This document shows positions 34,128-46,269 of a stretch of DNA of 64,000 nucleotides, piece after piece. Made by a program: the position numbers and the translations under genes. The DNA comes from Felis catus (lineage: Eukaryota). Numbering within the stretch: the stretch's first letter is position 1; the number at the start of each line of letters is the position of its first letter. The DNA is taken from contig NC_058373.1 in assembly GCF_018350175.1 (NCBI RefSeq), positions 108,564,001 through 108,628,000 on the forward strand, read 5' to 3'. Under the pieces are notes generated by a model. The model saw only the letters and a program-made list of their open reading frames with translations. It had not been told where the DNA came from and did not search any database.

Positions 34128-34345
34128 TGTTTTTTTTTTAATTTTTTTAAATGTTTATTTAGTTTTGAGACAGAGAGTGCGAGCGAGGGAGGCCAGGGGA
34201 GAGAGAGAGGGAGACAGAATCCGAAACAGGCTCCAGGCTCTGAGCTGTCAGCGCAGAGCCCAATGCGGGGCTAGAACCCACGAACAGTGAGATCATGTCC
34301 TGAGCTGAAGTCAGACGCTCAACAGACTGAGCCACTCAGGTGCCC
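34128..34345 (-). mobile_element. Can-SINE
   Basis: Full body; TSD ttataatttt. Confidence 0.95.
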
Positions 34346-34516
34346 GACAGTTATAATTTTCTGTAAGACTTTTTGATAATTTTTTTGAAATGTCAAATCA
34401 AATTCTTTAATTCTTCATCTTCCCCTCCCCTCTTTGCTCCTGCTTTGCTGTTGCACTGCCAGTGGGTGTTCCTAGCCTGCCTATTTGGTTAACACTGTAC
34501 TTCCTGCCCAGAAAGT

Positions 34517-34702
34517 AGCATTTCCTCAAATATGACACTTGGATCACCTGCATCACATCACATGGGGAACTCAGTAACTAAAGATTCCAGGGGACCTCAT
34601 GCTTCTCCCAGACATAACTCATCAAAGTATCTGGGGCTGGAATCTGTTTCTTAATGAGGTCTTCAGGTGATGATTGTACAAACAAAGCTTAAAAAGTGTG
34701 CT
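34517..34702. mobile_element. MER5-family MITE
   Basis: catttcctcaaa...cacctgcatcacatcacatggggaac...atctggggctggaatctgtttc...caggtgatgattg. Confidence 0.6.
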
Positions 34703-34704
34703 TA

Positions 34705-34894
34705 GGGGTGCCTGGATGGCTCAGTCGGTTAAGTGTCTGACTTCAGCTCAGGTCATGATCTCCAGTCCGTGAGTTCAAGCCCCACGTCGGACTCTGTGCT
34801 GACAGCTCAGAGCCTGGAGCCTGCTTCCGATTCTGTGTCTCCCTCTCTCTCCCTGCCCATGCTCTGTATCTCAAAAATAAAGGAAAAAAAAAAA
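34705..34894 (+). mobile_element. Can-SINE
   Basis: ggggtgcctggatggctcagtcggttaag head, full body. Confidence 0.95.
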
Positions 34895-34967
34895 CGTGTT
34901 TAGAGTGTTCTAATGCAAAACTCTATGGCTTATGATTATTGGTAGAACTTCTTAAAAAACAAAACAG

Positions 34968-35152
34968 GTGAGTGGTTACCCAGGGGAAAGGTCATGATTG
35001 GGAAAGACATGAGAAAGGGGATTTTGTGATGCTGCTAATGTTTTGTCCATCTGGCTACTGATTTTAGGACTAATTACAGGTGAAAATTCATCCACCTGTA
35101 ATACTTATGATGTATGCACCTTTCTGTGTGTGTGTTAAACTTCAGTAAAAAG
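34968..35152 (+). mobile_element. L1ME 3' end fragment
   Basis: agtggttaccc...gatgctgctaatgttttg...gtgaaaattcatccacctgta...tgcacctttctgtgtgtgtgttaaacttcagtaaaaa. Confidence 0.7.
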
Positions 35153-35309
35153 CAACACGAAACAAAAATACAGATGGTCCCTCATAGCTTCTGCTTATTT
35201 AAGTAGCCTGGAAGAGACCTCTGGAATGTGTTGATGAAAAGCTCCATTATGATTCTGTTGAGAATTTTATGCTAGAATTATATGCTGTTGAGAATTATGT
35301 GCACTGCTA

Positions 35310-35840
35310 GTACAGTACAGTTCAATAGGAATATAATACAAGTCACATCTATATTTTAATTTTTTCTAGTAGCCACATTAAAAAAGTACAGCAAAACAGG
35401 TGAAATTAATTAAAAAATTTTTTAGCTCATTGTCATTTAAACATGTAAGCACTATAAAAATTGAGATACTTTGGGGTGCCTGGTGGCTCAGTTGGGTAAG
35501 CATCCCACTCTTGATTTTGGCTCAGGTCATGATCTCACAACTGATCTCACAGTTGTGCCATTAAAGCCCCGCATCAGACTCAGTGCTGATAGCGTGGAGC
35601 CTGCTTAGGATTCTCTGTCTGCCTTTTCCCCACTTGCTCTTCCATGCTTGCTCTCTTGCTCTGTCTCTCAAAAAAAAATTTAAAAAAAAATTAAAATTGA
35701 GATATTTTGTATTTTTTTCCACATTAGATCTTTGACATTTAGTGCATGATTTACACTTTCAGCACATCTGAGTTTGGACTAGCTGCTTTTCAAGTGCTCA
35801 AGAGCCACATGGGGCCAGTGATTGCTGTATGGCATAACAA
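35310..35840. mobile_element. MER33 (hAT-Charlie), split by a SINE
   Basis: caataggaatataatacaagtcacat...tttctagtagccacattaaaaaagta...aaacaggtgaaattaatt...gcacatctgagtttggactagc...tttcaagtgctcaagagccacatg. Confidence 0.82.
35473..35692 (+). mobile_element. Can-SINE in MER33
   Basis: TSD aaaattgagata. Confidence 0.93.
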
Positions 35841-36239
35841 AGTTTTAGACAGTCCCTTAATCTGAAAATGCTGGAACTAAGATGTTTCAAGCAAGCTATT
35901 TTGCTTGTAATCTGAGTCACCCTTTGATTCGTAAATCTTTCTCACAAAACTCTTCCTTCATGAATTCTTGTCACTCCCTTACTCCCTTCCTTCCCTGTTA
36001 CTCCCACTAATTAAGGCTTTCCTGACCCCGTGACTCCTTCCTAGGCTATTAAGAAATTCTTCCTACCTTTACTTTCTCTTTTCCAAACCAATTTGCTATA
36101 TGTGTTCCATTGTTGTTGCAATATAATTTTCACCACGACCCTCCTCTGGACCATAATGCCTCCAGGATATAACCAAGAATTTGCAAATTGGAAGGGAGTT
36201 TAACATTCATGAATATCAACTATAACACGTATTATACTT

Positions 36240-36430
36240 TTACAAAGTATATTCCCACATTGCATGCACTTTGAACTTCTACTCACCCTGTGACGTAGGC
36301 ACTATTCTCATTTTGCAGATGATAAAATGAAGCCCATCATAACCACAAGAAAATAAAAGTAGTAAGAGGCAGAGCTAGGCTCCCATCCAGGTCTTTGACT
36401 CTACATTCCATGCTCCTCTGCATCATACTC
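36240..36430. mobile_element. MIR
   Basis: accctgtgacgtaggcactattctcattttgcagatgataaaatgaagccc...catccaggtctttgactc. Confidence 0.78.
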
Positions 36431-36952
36431 TCTTGGATAATCTGATCGTGTATCCCATAACACAGAACAGGAAAATTCTGATTGCTCACCACTAACAGGG
36501 CTAGTGTTAGCTGATACACCACTAATGATGGAAGGACACAGCATTAGGAGCAGTCCATTTTAGTGTTGATAGCTGATTTTTAGAGAGCTGTGTCATTAAT
36601 GTTCAAATCCTGCAGCCTAATTCTCAAGGTTCTCCATAATCTGGCACTAAGCTGCATTTTCAGTCATATTTCCCACTTTTGTAGCCACATGGCATATTTT
36701 ATACTCTCATCCACATTCTGTCATTCTCTGGCCATACCATTCACTTTGAGTGGTGGCTTCTTCTCTTTAGCACAGAATTCTATCTGTTCTGCAGAGACTA
36801 GCTGTGAGCCCCATCTGTCTACAGATGGGCACTTTTTCCTCTGAATCTGGTACCATGTTGGCTCTTTGCTATTACTGGTTACATTATTTGCTCTTGGATT
36901 TAATTATTACATGCTCATAGTAGAAGATAGTAGAGAATCTAAATCTTCGAAG

Positions 36953-37163
36953 TTTTTTTTTCAACGTTTATTTTTTTGGGACAGAGAGAGACAGAGCATG
37001 AACGGGGGAGGGGCAGAGAGAGAGAGAGACACAGAATCAGAAACAGGCTCCAGGCTCTGAGCCATCAGCCCAGAGCCTGACGCGGGGCTCGAACTCCCGG
37101 ACCGCGAGATCGTGACCTGGCTGAAGTCGGACGCTTTAACCGACTGCGCCACCCAGGCGCCCC
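36953..37163 (-). mobile_element. Young Can-SINE
   Basis: CpG-rich near-consensus copy; TSD taaatctt(c/g)gaagtttt. Confidence 0.97.
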
Positions 37164-39074
37164 TAAATCTTGGAAGTTTTAATGATCCCTTTCATGTCCA
37201 CCTACAGAGACCTTAGATAAAATCTTGAAAAGCTAGCAATATTTCTTTACCATTAAGTATTCTCATTAATGTGTCTGCATTTCTTCCATAATGGACGCCG
37301 CCCAAAACTATGCTTGAATCATTGCTCCTCAGGTAAGTAATGGAGTTACAGTTGAAAGTGTCTGAGGAAATTGGGATCTGACACAGATTTTGGTGTTGGA
37401 TACCTGCACAGATCACTGACAACTCATTGTACACAAGGGCGCTTCCTGAATGGTTGTCATGGGTGACCAAACCAGGTTTGGTGAGATCAATAAGTAATAA
37501 GTGTGCTCCAGGAATAGCTCCTCTGTCTGAGGGAATCTTCATCACAGCAGTTAGAAACAGGGTTTGCCCTAGCTCTTCAGGGAAAGTACAGCAACCATGA
37601 GGTTTGTTACACCTGAGCAGACAACTAGTTCACTCAACACAGAGTGCCTCTGGAAACAGTGCTTTTTCTTTAGAGGGAAGTGGGAATCACTCAGCCAGCA
37701 GTTTCAAAGAAAAAAAAATTGAGAACCTTCTTTTATTAGTCCTCTACTCTCTTTCCCTCAATGTAATTAAACCATATTAAATTAAACCTTTACTCTGCAC
37801 TGGCTATGAGCCACATTATGGGCTATACTGAAAATATATGTAGATCTGGAAACTGAACCTTACAAGGATTCATGGAGGACCCATTTACCTTCCAGGTAAC
37901 TCATTTGAATTTCAGAGGAGGACATTGAGGTAGGGAGAGAAGGTGGCAGGAGTGGTGAGTGTGCTTACCTTGTCTGGAGACAATATAAGAAAAAATAGGA
38001 ATACTTAGAGCTTGAACACCCTTTACCTGACTTCCTTGCCTAATAGAGCAAGAACAAAGGGGGACTGTCACTACTCTTAGGGCCTTTGTGTCAATCACAA
38101 AGGCTAGAGCACATTCTTCCAGGTGAAAAAGCTACCTCTGCTCTTTCTGAAAGTTTGGTTTAATCTGGAAAGGTATTACATTTTCTTAGTTTATTGGGCA
38201 CAAAAACTGCAATTTGAGTCCAGCAGTGAAAACAGTACTCTTAGCATTCTGCGATTACTCTTCTCATTGATGCCCATAAGCCTTCCCATTATTTGAAATC
38301 CTGATTTCTACCACTACTCAAGTCCAGAATGATGGCATCTACATGGGTGATGACAGTAAAGAATCTTTAATCGTAAAGAATTCTTGAAGAATCTTGAATC
38401 TCTTAGTGCGTTAGCATCTACAGATTCCATGCCCCACAAAACTGCAAACATCAAAGTTTCTCAGGTTTCTAGAGTGGCAGTTTTGCTTCTGAATTGGATC
38501 CTTGGCAATCCTGGATAAATTCTATGGGCTAGAAATTAATTTCCTCATATTACTTTTTCTGAAAAACCTAACCCAGAAGTCATCTCTTTTACCAAACCCT
38601 ACCAGACAGTCCTCTGAAAGAAAACCATTGCTTCTCTAAACTCCATAACATTTTATGGACAATCACAGTTTTGAGCAAGAGCATTTAGATTATAATGGCA
38701 ACACCTATCTTCTCTCCCTTCAGTCACTCCTAGGATGGTAGGTTCTTGCCTGATTTCTTCTTTGATCCCTCATAGTGCTTGATACAACTCCTTTGCATAT
38801 CAGAGTAGCTATAATGAAATTGAAAGAGCTGTGGACAAACCATTAGGATATGAGTTCTTCTCCTCACATTGACACCACAAAGCATTCTTGCCTCAGGTGA
38901 GTTATACCATATATCCATCTGTGCGTATTTCCCTAATAAGGGTGAGTTGCTACTGACCATTTCTGTTGTGAAATTCTGTAATGTGTAAGTACTTTGATCC
39001 TTGTTCAGATAGGATTTTAGATGCCAGTAACATGGAAATAATAAATAGCATAACTGTATTAAAAATAGGGTCAT

Positions 39075-39665
39075 GAGAGACCATTAAGTGTAGGGTTTAA
39101 GAGTGCAGGCTCGGGGCACTTGGGTGGTTCCATCAGCTAAGTGTCTGGGTCATGAGATTGAGCCCTGTGTCAGGCTCTGTGCTGGGCATCGAGCCTGCTT
39201 GAGATTCATATTCTCCCCCTCCCCCCCCTCCCCCTCCCTCCCTCCCCCTCCCCCTCCCCCTCCCTCCCTCTCCCTCCCCCTCCCTCCCTCTCCCTCTCCC
39301 TCTCCCTCTCCCCCTCTCCCTCTCCCTCTCCCTCTCTCCCTCTCTCCCTCTCTCCCTCTCTCCCTCTCTCCCTCTCTCCCTCTCTCCCTCTCCCTCTCCC
39401 TCTCCCTCTCCCTCTCCCTCTTTGTCTCCCCCCCCCCCAAAAAAAGTGCACACTCTGCGGTTACACATTTTGGGTTCAGATCCTGGTATCACCACTGACT
39501 TGGTGTGTAGCTTCTCTATTTGTTAGTCATTCAATTTTCACCATCTAGAAAATGGGGACAATACTACCTGTCTTGCAGAGTTGTTGCAAGATTTAAGCAA
39601 GTTAATTTGGGTAGTGTTTTGAATGGTGTTTGGCACATGGTGTGTCCAATGAATGTTGGCTATCA
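39075..39665. mobile_element. MIR, split by a SINE
   Basis: tgggttcagatcctggtatcaccactgact...ttttcaccatctagaaaatggggacaatactacctgtcttgcagagttgttgcaagatttaa. Confidence 0.8.
39113..39445 (+). mobile_element. Can-SINE with ~210-bp expanded (CTCCCT)n tract
   Basis: ggggcacttgggtggttc head; pure-pyrimidine tract ~39211-39423; degenerate TSD aa(g/a)agtgca..ctc. Confidence 0.88.
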
Positions 39666-41926
39666 AAGTTATGGTGATGATGATTTCTGAGAGTCTGAGT
39701 TCTTAGTCTATGCAAATCAAAATTTGGGAGAAGTCACACTTTCAAGATGTAGTGTGACTTTTATTTTCCCAGGACCTGTCTTGGTGGTAAGTACATTGTA
39801 TGCCTATTAATGTTTTCCAGTTTGTGTGTCATTCCTCTTTCAATAGCAAGGTAGATGCTGCAAACTCCTGAGATTTGTATTAGCACATGTGAGGCTCCTA
39901 TCTCTTGGTAGGCCCTGACTCCTTTACAAGTCTATAAACAAGCCTATTGGCTGCATATTCTGTTTGCCCATATAGACTTGGCTTCACCCTTCATCATGCT
40001 GATTTTTGTTTGAGAAGGCTGATCTCCATGGATCCCTGGGCTCCCATGTCTTTTCTGGTTAGATTCAGCCAGAGGGAGGCACAGAGAGGCAATCAGAAGG
40101 CAGAGGGTGAGGGAGAAGCTACAGTGTTTATTCCCTGCTTCCGTTTTGGCTGGACTGCAGTCTGTGAAATGCCATACCTCCTCTCAAACGGCTTTTCTAC
40201 AACTTCTTGCTGTAGTCCAGTGGCACCTTCAGATCTAAAGGACTCCTCAGTGTTGCTTGTTTTATGTGCTACCCCTTCTTGTTAAATCTTATCACATCTT
40301 GGTGTAGTCCCCTTATTGAATGAGCTTTAACTGCTGTTGAGTATACTTTTTTCTAGTGGGTACACATAAATAGGGTTGATGCCTCCCAACCAACTTATGG
40401 ATGAGAAGTCTCTGGAACATTTTAACCTGATCCTACAACCCTGAGGTTCATATTTAGCCCCTTCAAAGTCTAAATCCACGGGATATGGAGAGTACTGCTT
40501 AAGGAGCAGGACAGACATTTCCTAGATAGTTAAACACTATTATCTTCAATGTAAAACCTCAACAGAGAAAAGAATTGAATGGAGTTTTATGACTTTTGGA
40601 ATACTTTGGGTTATAAAGGAACTTCTCAACATGAATTCTGTTTTCATGTTGTATTGAGGAAATATTTAGTGATCTTGGATGAGAGAGCCAGGAATTAAAT
40701 GTCTGGGTTGGGCTAGTGGTGGTGTGCTGGTGCTCATGGTGAAGTCATTGAGCTCATGGCCAAGGGAAAGGTTGGAGGGAGAGGCATGGCAACGGTCTAC
40801 CACTGGAGGGACTGGGCCTTAAGTGTGCTAGACTTCTCTGCTTTTGATAGGTTAATTGTAGAAACTTCCTCTTTCTTGTTGAGAAAGTTTGAAAGGCTTA
40901 AGGGCTTTAATTAGATAACATTTAGCAGAAGGCAAAGTATAACATTGGTACCCATACAAAAGAGGGCTGTGGTTTGTAAGAACTTGACTTTGGCTGGCAC
41001 TTGAGAGATAAAGAAACATAAATCCTTCAGTCAGATGCTTTTATGGGAACCACTTTCCTTGATGGATTAGTTTATGTAAAAAGCTCCAGTGAAGAATAAC
41101 ATTAGAAATCTCTGCCTGTTTGATTTTACTGTTAGAATTTTATTAACTTGGTTCAGTGGTGAACTGGTCCAAGCAGGATGTAGTTGTGAGGTTGAAGTTA
41201 CATGTGGTTTATTCAGTTTCTGCAGTTTTCCAGCTTGGGGTCTGTATTTCAAACCATGAGAATAAATCTCTCTTCCTCTGTTGATAGATGTCTCTGGACT
41301 CCATCACTAGAATTAGCATCATAGTTCCCATGGCAACTAATGTACTTGTAAGAAGGGAAGAAAGGAAAGGGACTAAATAAAATGACACAACTACACCTGA
41401 AAAACAAATTATTTATGAACTTGAGCATAGAGTCATAAAATGAGGGCTTAGGGAGAAGGGTATTACACATATAAGGTCTTTGGTGTAAGACATTTGTGAT
41501 TCATCCACTACTGTATTACTTTTGGTTGATTCAGCTGCCTCAAACTCACTGCTGGTCTTCTCTTTCCTCCATTACCCCTCTCTTCTCAGATTCAGTGGAG
41601 AACATTATCAGGGCTAGGACTACTCATAGTCCAAAGTGCTTACCTCTGCAGGGCACCTCGGATGAGATCACCCCAAAGTCATATGGACCCTCTGTTACCT
41701 TCAAAACAGGAGTTCTAGACTTAGGCTGTTCACAGTCTGTGTCTCGTTTCCTGTAATTTTATTTTGTCTCATTCAGGAGTTGAAAAAAGGAGGGTTTATT
41801 CTGTTCAGAGCAAGGTTTTTGTATTTCTTACTAAATTTTGCCAGCTTCTTTCTTCCTTACTCCTATCCCAAACGTATGTGAAGACCAGATAGAAAGAGCT
41901 GACTGCTATTGATCAGTGCATTCTGG

Positions 41927-41954
41927 AAAAAAAAAAAAAAAAAAAAAAAAAAAA
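41927..41954 (+). repeat. Poly(A) tract (~28 nt)
   Basis: Directly visible; no SINE or L1 body attached. Confidence 0.9.
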
Positions 41955-42306
41955 GGAAAACAACCCTACATTCCAAAGATCCTGTGACATAATTAGGTCT
42001 TAACCCAGGCTTGAGAATCAACCAACAAAGTAGGGAAAGCTGACTCAATGATATTGCACTTACTTTGTGTCAACCTGTTTTCCCTATTATGTCAACATCT
42101 ATTAATCTGAGCTTTAACAGCTCCCCTTTTCTTCCAAGGTGTATTACATCTGCTGACTCAGCCTGTACATTTTCCTCGGTCCTTCTAGCATAACTCAAAC
42201 CTTTGGTAATCAAGAATAAGTAAAATTTCCAAAATAATTTGGGGACTCACATAAGGTTGCTAGCTTTTTAGTTGGCAAAACAAGGATATCAAAAGAAAAT
42301 CAACCA

Positions 42307-42530
42307 GGGGCGCCTGGGTGGCGCAGTCGGTTAAGCGCCCGACTTCAGCCAGGTCACGATCTCGCGGTCCATGAGTTCGAGCCCCGCGTCGGGCTCTGGG
42401 CTGATGGCTCAGAGCCTGGAGCCTGTTTCCGATTCTGTGTCTCCCTCTCTCTCTGCCCCTCCCCCGTTCATGCTCTGTCTCCCTCTGTCCCAAAAATAAA
42501 TAAACGTTGAAAAAAAAATTAAAAAAAAAA
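42307..42530 (+). mobile_element. Young Can-SINE
   Basis: Near-consensus; perfect 16-bp TSD aaaagaaaatcaacca at 42291-42306 and 42531-42546. Confidence 0.98.
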
Positions 42531-42898
42531 AAAAGAAAATCAACCATTTACTAATACCACACATTATAAAAACTTTTTTCATACTAAAGAAGTTGGAAGT
42601 ACTAAGCTTAGAATAAAGAATAATTCTTAAAGGCCATCTTACCCAGCACATGCACATGTATAAATTTGCACATACACTTTGATCATTATTATTTTTATTG
42701 TGGACCTGGGAAACCTTGTCATGAATCATCAGTAGACCAGATTATTATGTTTAGAATACTTCATCATGCCTTATTAACCACGGTCCTGCTTAAAATAGTT
42801 CATTTTGTTTCAGTCAGTTTTGAAAGGGCCTAATTTGGGAGAAAATCCAAAATAAAATCCAAAATAACTCAGTCTTAGTTATTACCATAACCCCTATC

Positions 42899-43102
42899 TT
42901 TTTTTTTTTTTTAACTTTGTTTATTGAGACAGAAACAGCATGAGTAGGGGAGGACATAGAGGGAGAGAGGGAGAGAGAATCCAAAGCAGGCTCTGTGTTG
43001 CCAGTGCAGAGCCCAGTATGGGGCTCCATCTCATGAAACCATGAGATTATCACCTGAGCCAAAACCAAGATTCAGACGCTTAACTGAGCCACCCGGGTAC
43101 CC
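42899..43102 (-). mobile_element. Can-SINE
   Basis: Full body; TSD accataa(c/a)ccct. Confidence 0.93.
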
Positions 43103-43124
43103 AACCATAAACCCTCATTCTTTT

Positions 43125-43488
43125 CAAAAATTTATTTAATTCCGGTGTAATGAACATACAGTGTTAATATTAGTTTCAGGTGTACAGTATTATTCAACAA
43201 TTCTGTATATTACTTGGTGCTCCTCAGGATAAGTGCACTCTTAATCCTCATCACCTATTTCATCCATTCCCCCACCCATCTTTCTGGTAACCATCAGTTT
43301 GTTCTTTATAGTTAAGAGTTTGATTTTTGTTTGTTTCTTTGATCATTTGTTGTGTTTCTTAAATTCCATACAGATATTATATGGTATGTCTTTTGCTGAC
43401 TTATTTCACTTAGCATTATGCCCAGGAGATCCATCCATATTGTTGCAATTGGCAAGATTTCATTATTTGTTATGGTTGAATAGTATTT

Positions 43489-43527
<39 letters not shown>

Positions 43528-45438
43528 TGTGGTGTGTGTGTGTATCTCAAATATTCTTTATCCATTCATCTATCAGTGGACATTGGGTTGCTTTCATTTT
43601 TTGGCTTTTGTACTCAATGCTGCAATAAACATAGTGGTGCATGTACCTTTTTTTTTTTTATGGATGCATGTATCATTCTGAATTAGTGTTTTCTTTTTCT
43701 TTGGGTAAATACTCAGTAGTGGAATTACTGCATCATCTGGTAATTTTATTTTTAATTTTTTGAGGAACCTCCATACTGTTTTCCACAGTGGCTTTAACAG
43801 TTTGCATTCCTACCAGCAGTGCCCGAGGGTTCCTTTTTCTCCATATCCTCGCCAGCACTTGTTTCTTGTGTTTTTGCTTTATCATTTTGACAGGTGTGAG
43901 GTGATACATGATTGTGGTTTTGATTTTCATTTCCCTGATGGTGAGTGATGTTGAGCATCTTTTCATGTGTCTGTTGGCAATCTGTATGTTTTCTTTGGAG
44001 AAATGTCTATTCATGTCTGCTGCCCCTTTGTTCATTGGATTATTTGGGGTTTTTTGGTGTTGAATTGTGTAAGTGCTTTATATATCTTGGATATTAACCC
44101 TTTATCAGGTATGTCATTTGCAAATATCTTCTCCCATTTAGTAGATTGTCTTTTAGTTCTGTTGATTGTTTCCTTTGACGTGCAGAAGCTTTTTATCTTG
44201 ATGAAGTCCCAATAGTTCATTTTTGCTCTTATTTCCCTTACCTCAGGAGACATAACTAGAAAAATGTTGTTATAGCTGATGTCAAAGAAATCACTGCCTA
44301 TGCTCTCTTCTGAGATGTTTGTGGTTTCAGGTTTCAGATCCTGAACCCATTTTGAGTTCATTGTTGTGTATGCTGTAAGAAAGTAGTCCAGTTTTATTCT
44401 TTTGCATGTAGCTGTCCAGTTTTCCCAGCACTATTTGTTGAAGAGACTGTTCTTTGCCCATTGCGTATTTTGTCTTTTTTTGTTCTAAATTAACTGACTA
44501 AATAATCATGGGTTTATTTATGGGCTCTCTGTTTTGATCTATTGATATGCATGTCTATTTTTTGTGCCATTACCATACTGTTTTGATTATTATAGCTTTG
44601 TAGAATATCTCGATATCTGGGATTGTGATAACTGCAGTTTTGTTCTTTTTCCAGATTACTTTGGCTATTTGGGGTCTTTTTTGGTTCTATACAAATTCTA
44701 GGGTGATTCTGTGAAAAATGATGTTGGTATATTGATAGGGATTGCATTAAATCTGTAGATTTAATATTTAAATTTTATTTAGATTTAAAAATTTGTTAAT
44801 ATTTAACAATATTTTCTTCCAATCCATGAGCATGGAATATCTTTCCATTTGTTTGTGTCATCTTCAGTTTCTTTCATCACTGTTTAATAGTTTTCAGAGT
44901 GCAGGTCTTTCACTCCTTGGTTAAGTCTATTCCTAGCTATTTTATTATTGGTGCAATTGTAGATGGGATTGTTTTCTTAATTTATCCTTCTACTTCATTA
45001 TTAGTATATAGAAATGCAACAGATTTCTACACATTTACTTTGTTTCCTGTGACTTTATGGAATTTATCAGTTCTAGTAGTTTTTTTTGGTAGAGTCTTTA
45101 GGGTTTTTTTATATAAAGTATCATGTCACCTGAAAATTGTGAAAGTTTTACTTATTACTGATTTGGATGTCTTTTATTTCTTATCTGATTGTTGTGGCTA
45201 GGAATTTCAGTACTATGTTACACAAGAGTGGTGATATTGGATATCCTTGTCTTTTCCTAATCTTAGGGGAAAAACTGTAAGTTTTTCATCACTGAGTATG
45301 TTGTTAGCAGTGGGTTCACATATGGCCTTTATTATGTGGAGACATGTTCCCTCTAAACCTATTTGTTGAGAGTTTTTGTCATGAATGGGTGTTGTACTTT
45401 GTCAAATGCTTTTTCTGCATCTATTGAAATAATCATAT
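43125..45438 (-). mobile_element. 5'-truncated carnivore L1 (ORF2 RT/C-terminus, frameshifted)
   Basis: ORF-track peptides [24 protein letters not shown] and WDFIKIKSFCTSKETINRTKRQSTKWEKIFAN are L1 ORF2. Confidence 0.97.
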
Positions 45439-45451
45439 GTAACTTTTAATT

Positions 45452-45664
45452 CTTTTTTTAAATTTTAATTGTTTTTGAAAGCAAGAGCATGCGCATGGTG
45501 CTTGTGTGAGTGGGGGAAGGGCAGAGGGAGAGGGAGAGAGAATCTTAAGGAGGCTCTGTGCCCGGTGTGAAGCCTGATGTGGGGCTTGATCTAATGACTG
45601 TGAGATCATTACCTGAGCTGAAATGGAGTTGGACACTTAAATGACTGAACCACCCAGGCACCCC
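45452..45664 (-). mobile_element. Can-SINE at the L1 truncation point
   Basis: TSD tgtaactt(t/c)taatt. Confidence 0.92.
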
Positions 45665-45918
45665 TGTAACTTCTAATTTTTAACACAATAAGTGCCTGAT
45701 ATACACAGCGGACTAAAAAAATTCTTGTTGAATATGTGAATGATTGAAGGCTAAACTTTGTCCATTTTCTTCTCCCAAAGTTTGGCCAGTTTGTGATTTA
45801 GTGCTTCAGTTTATCTGTGGTTTCCTCTGTGACATATTGGTATGGGCAAACAAAGCAGATTAAGAAGAAATGAATTTCTTCTTCAATTGAGGATTGTGGT
45901 GTATCTTGTATTAATGGG

Positions 45919-46269
45919 TGTCTTAGTCTGTTTGGGCTGCTACAACAATGTACCACTTATAAACAACCTAATTTTATTTCTCACAGTTCTGGAGGCTTGG
46001 AAGTCTGAGATCAGGTGCCAGCATGGTTGGGTGAGGGGCCTCTTGTGAATCACAAACATCTTGTTGTATCCTTACATGGTAAAAGGGTAGGGACCTATCT
46101 GTAGCTTTTATAAGGTACTAGTACCACATATGGGGGCTCCACTCTCATGACCTAATCACTTCCCAATGGCCCCATCTACTAACACCATTACATTGGGTGT
46201 TAAAATTCCAGCATGTGTTTTGGGGGCTGGTGTGGGGAGTGGGAGGACACATGCATCCAGGCCATAATA
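45919..46269. mobile_element. MLT1A-like MaLR solo LTR
   Basis: tgtcttagtctgtttgggctgctacaaca...tttatttctcacagttctggaggcttggaagtctgagatcaggtgccagcatggttggg...ctcatgacctaatcacttccc. Confidence 0.88.

Noticed and set aside
37213..37545. 110-aa minus ORF
   Set aside because: Non-ATG first codon, no recognisable domain, and length compatible with chance.
39103..39498. Pro/Ser-rich and Gly/Glu/Arg-rich ORFs
   Set aside because: Translations of the CT microsatellite inside a SINE.
41927..41960. Poly(A) as the tail of a processed pseudogene
   Set aside because: No upstream mRNA-like ORF, clear poly(A) signal or TSD seen.
42307..42385. tRNA-like A-box and B-box sequences (also in the other SINE heads)
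   Set aside because: These are tRNA-derived Can-SINE heads with CT tract, A tail and TSDs, not tRNA genes.
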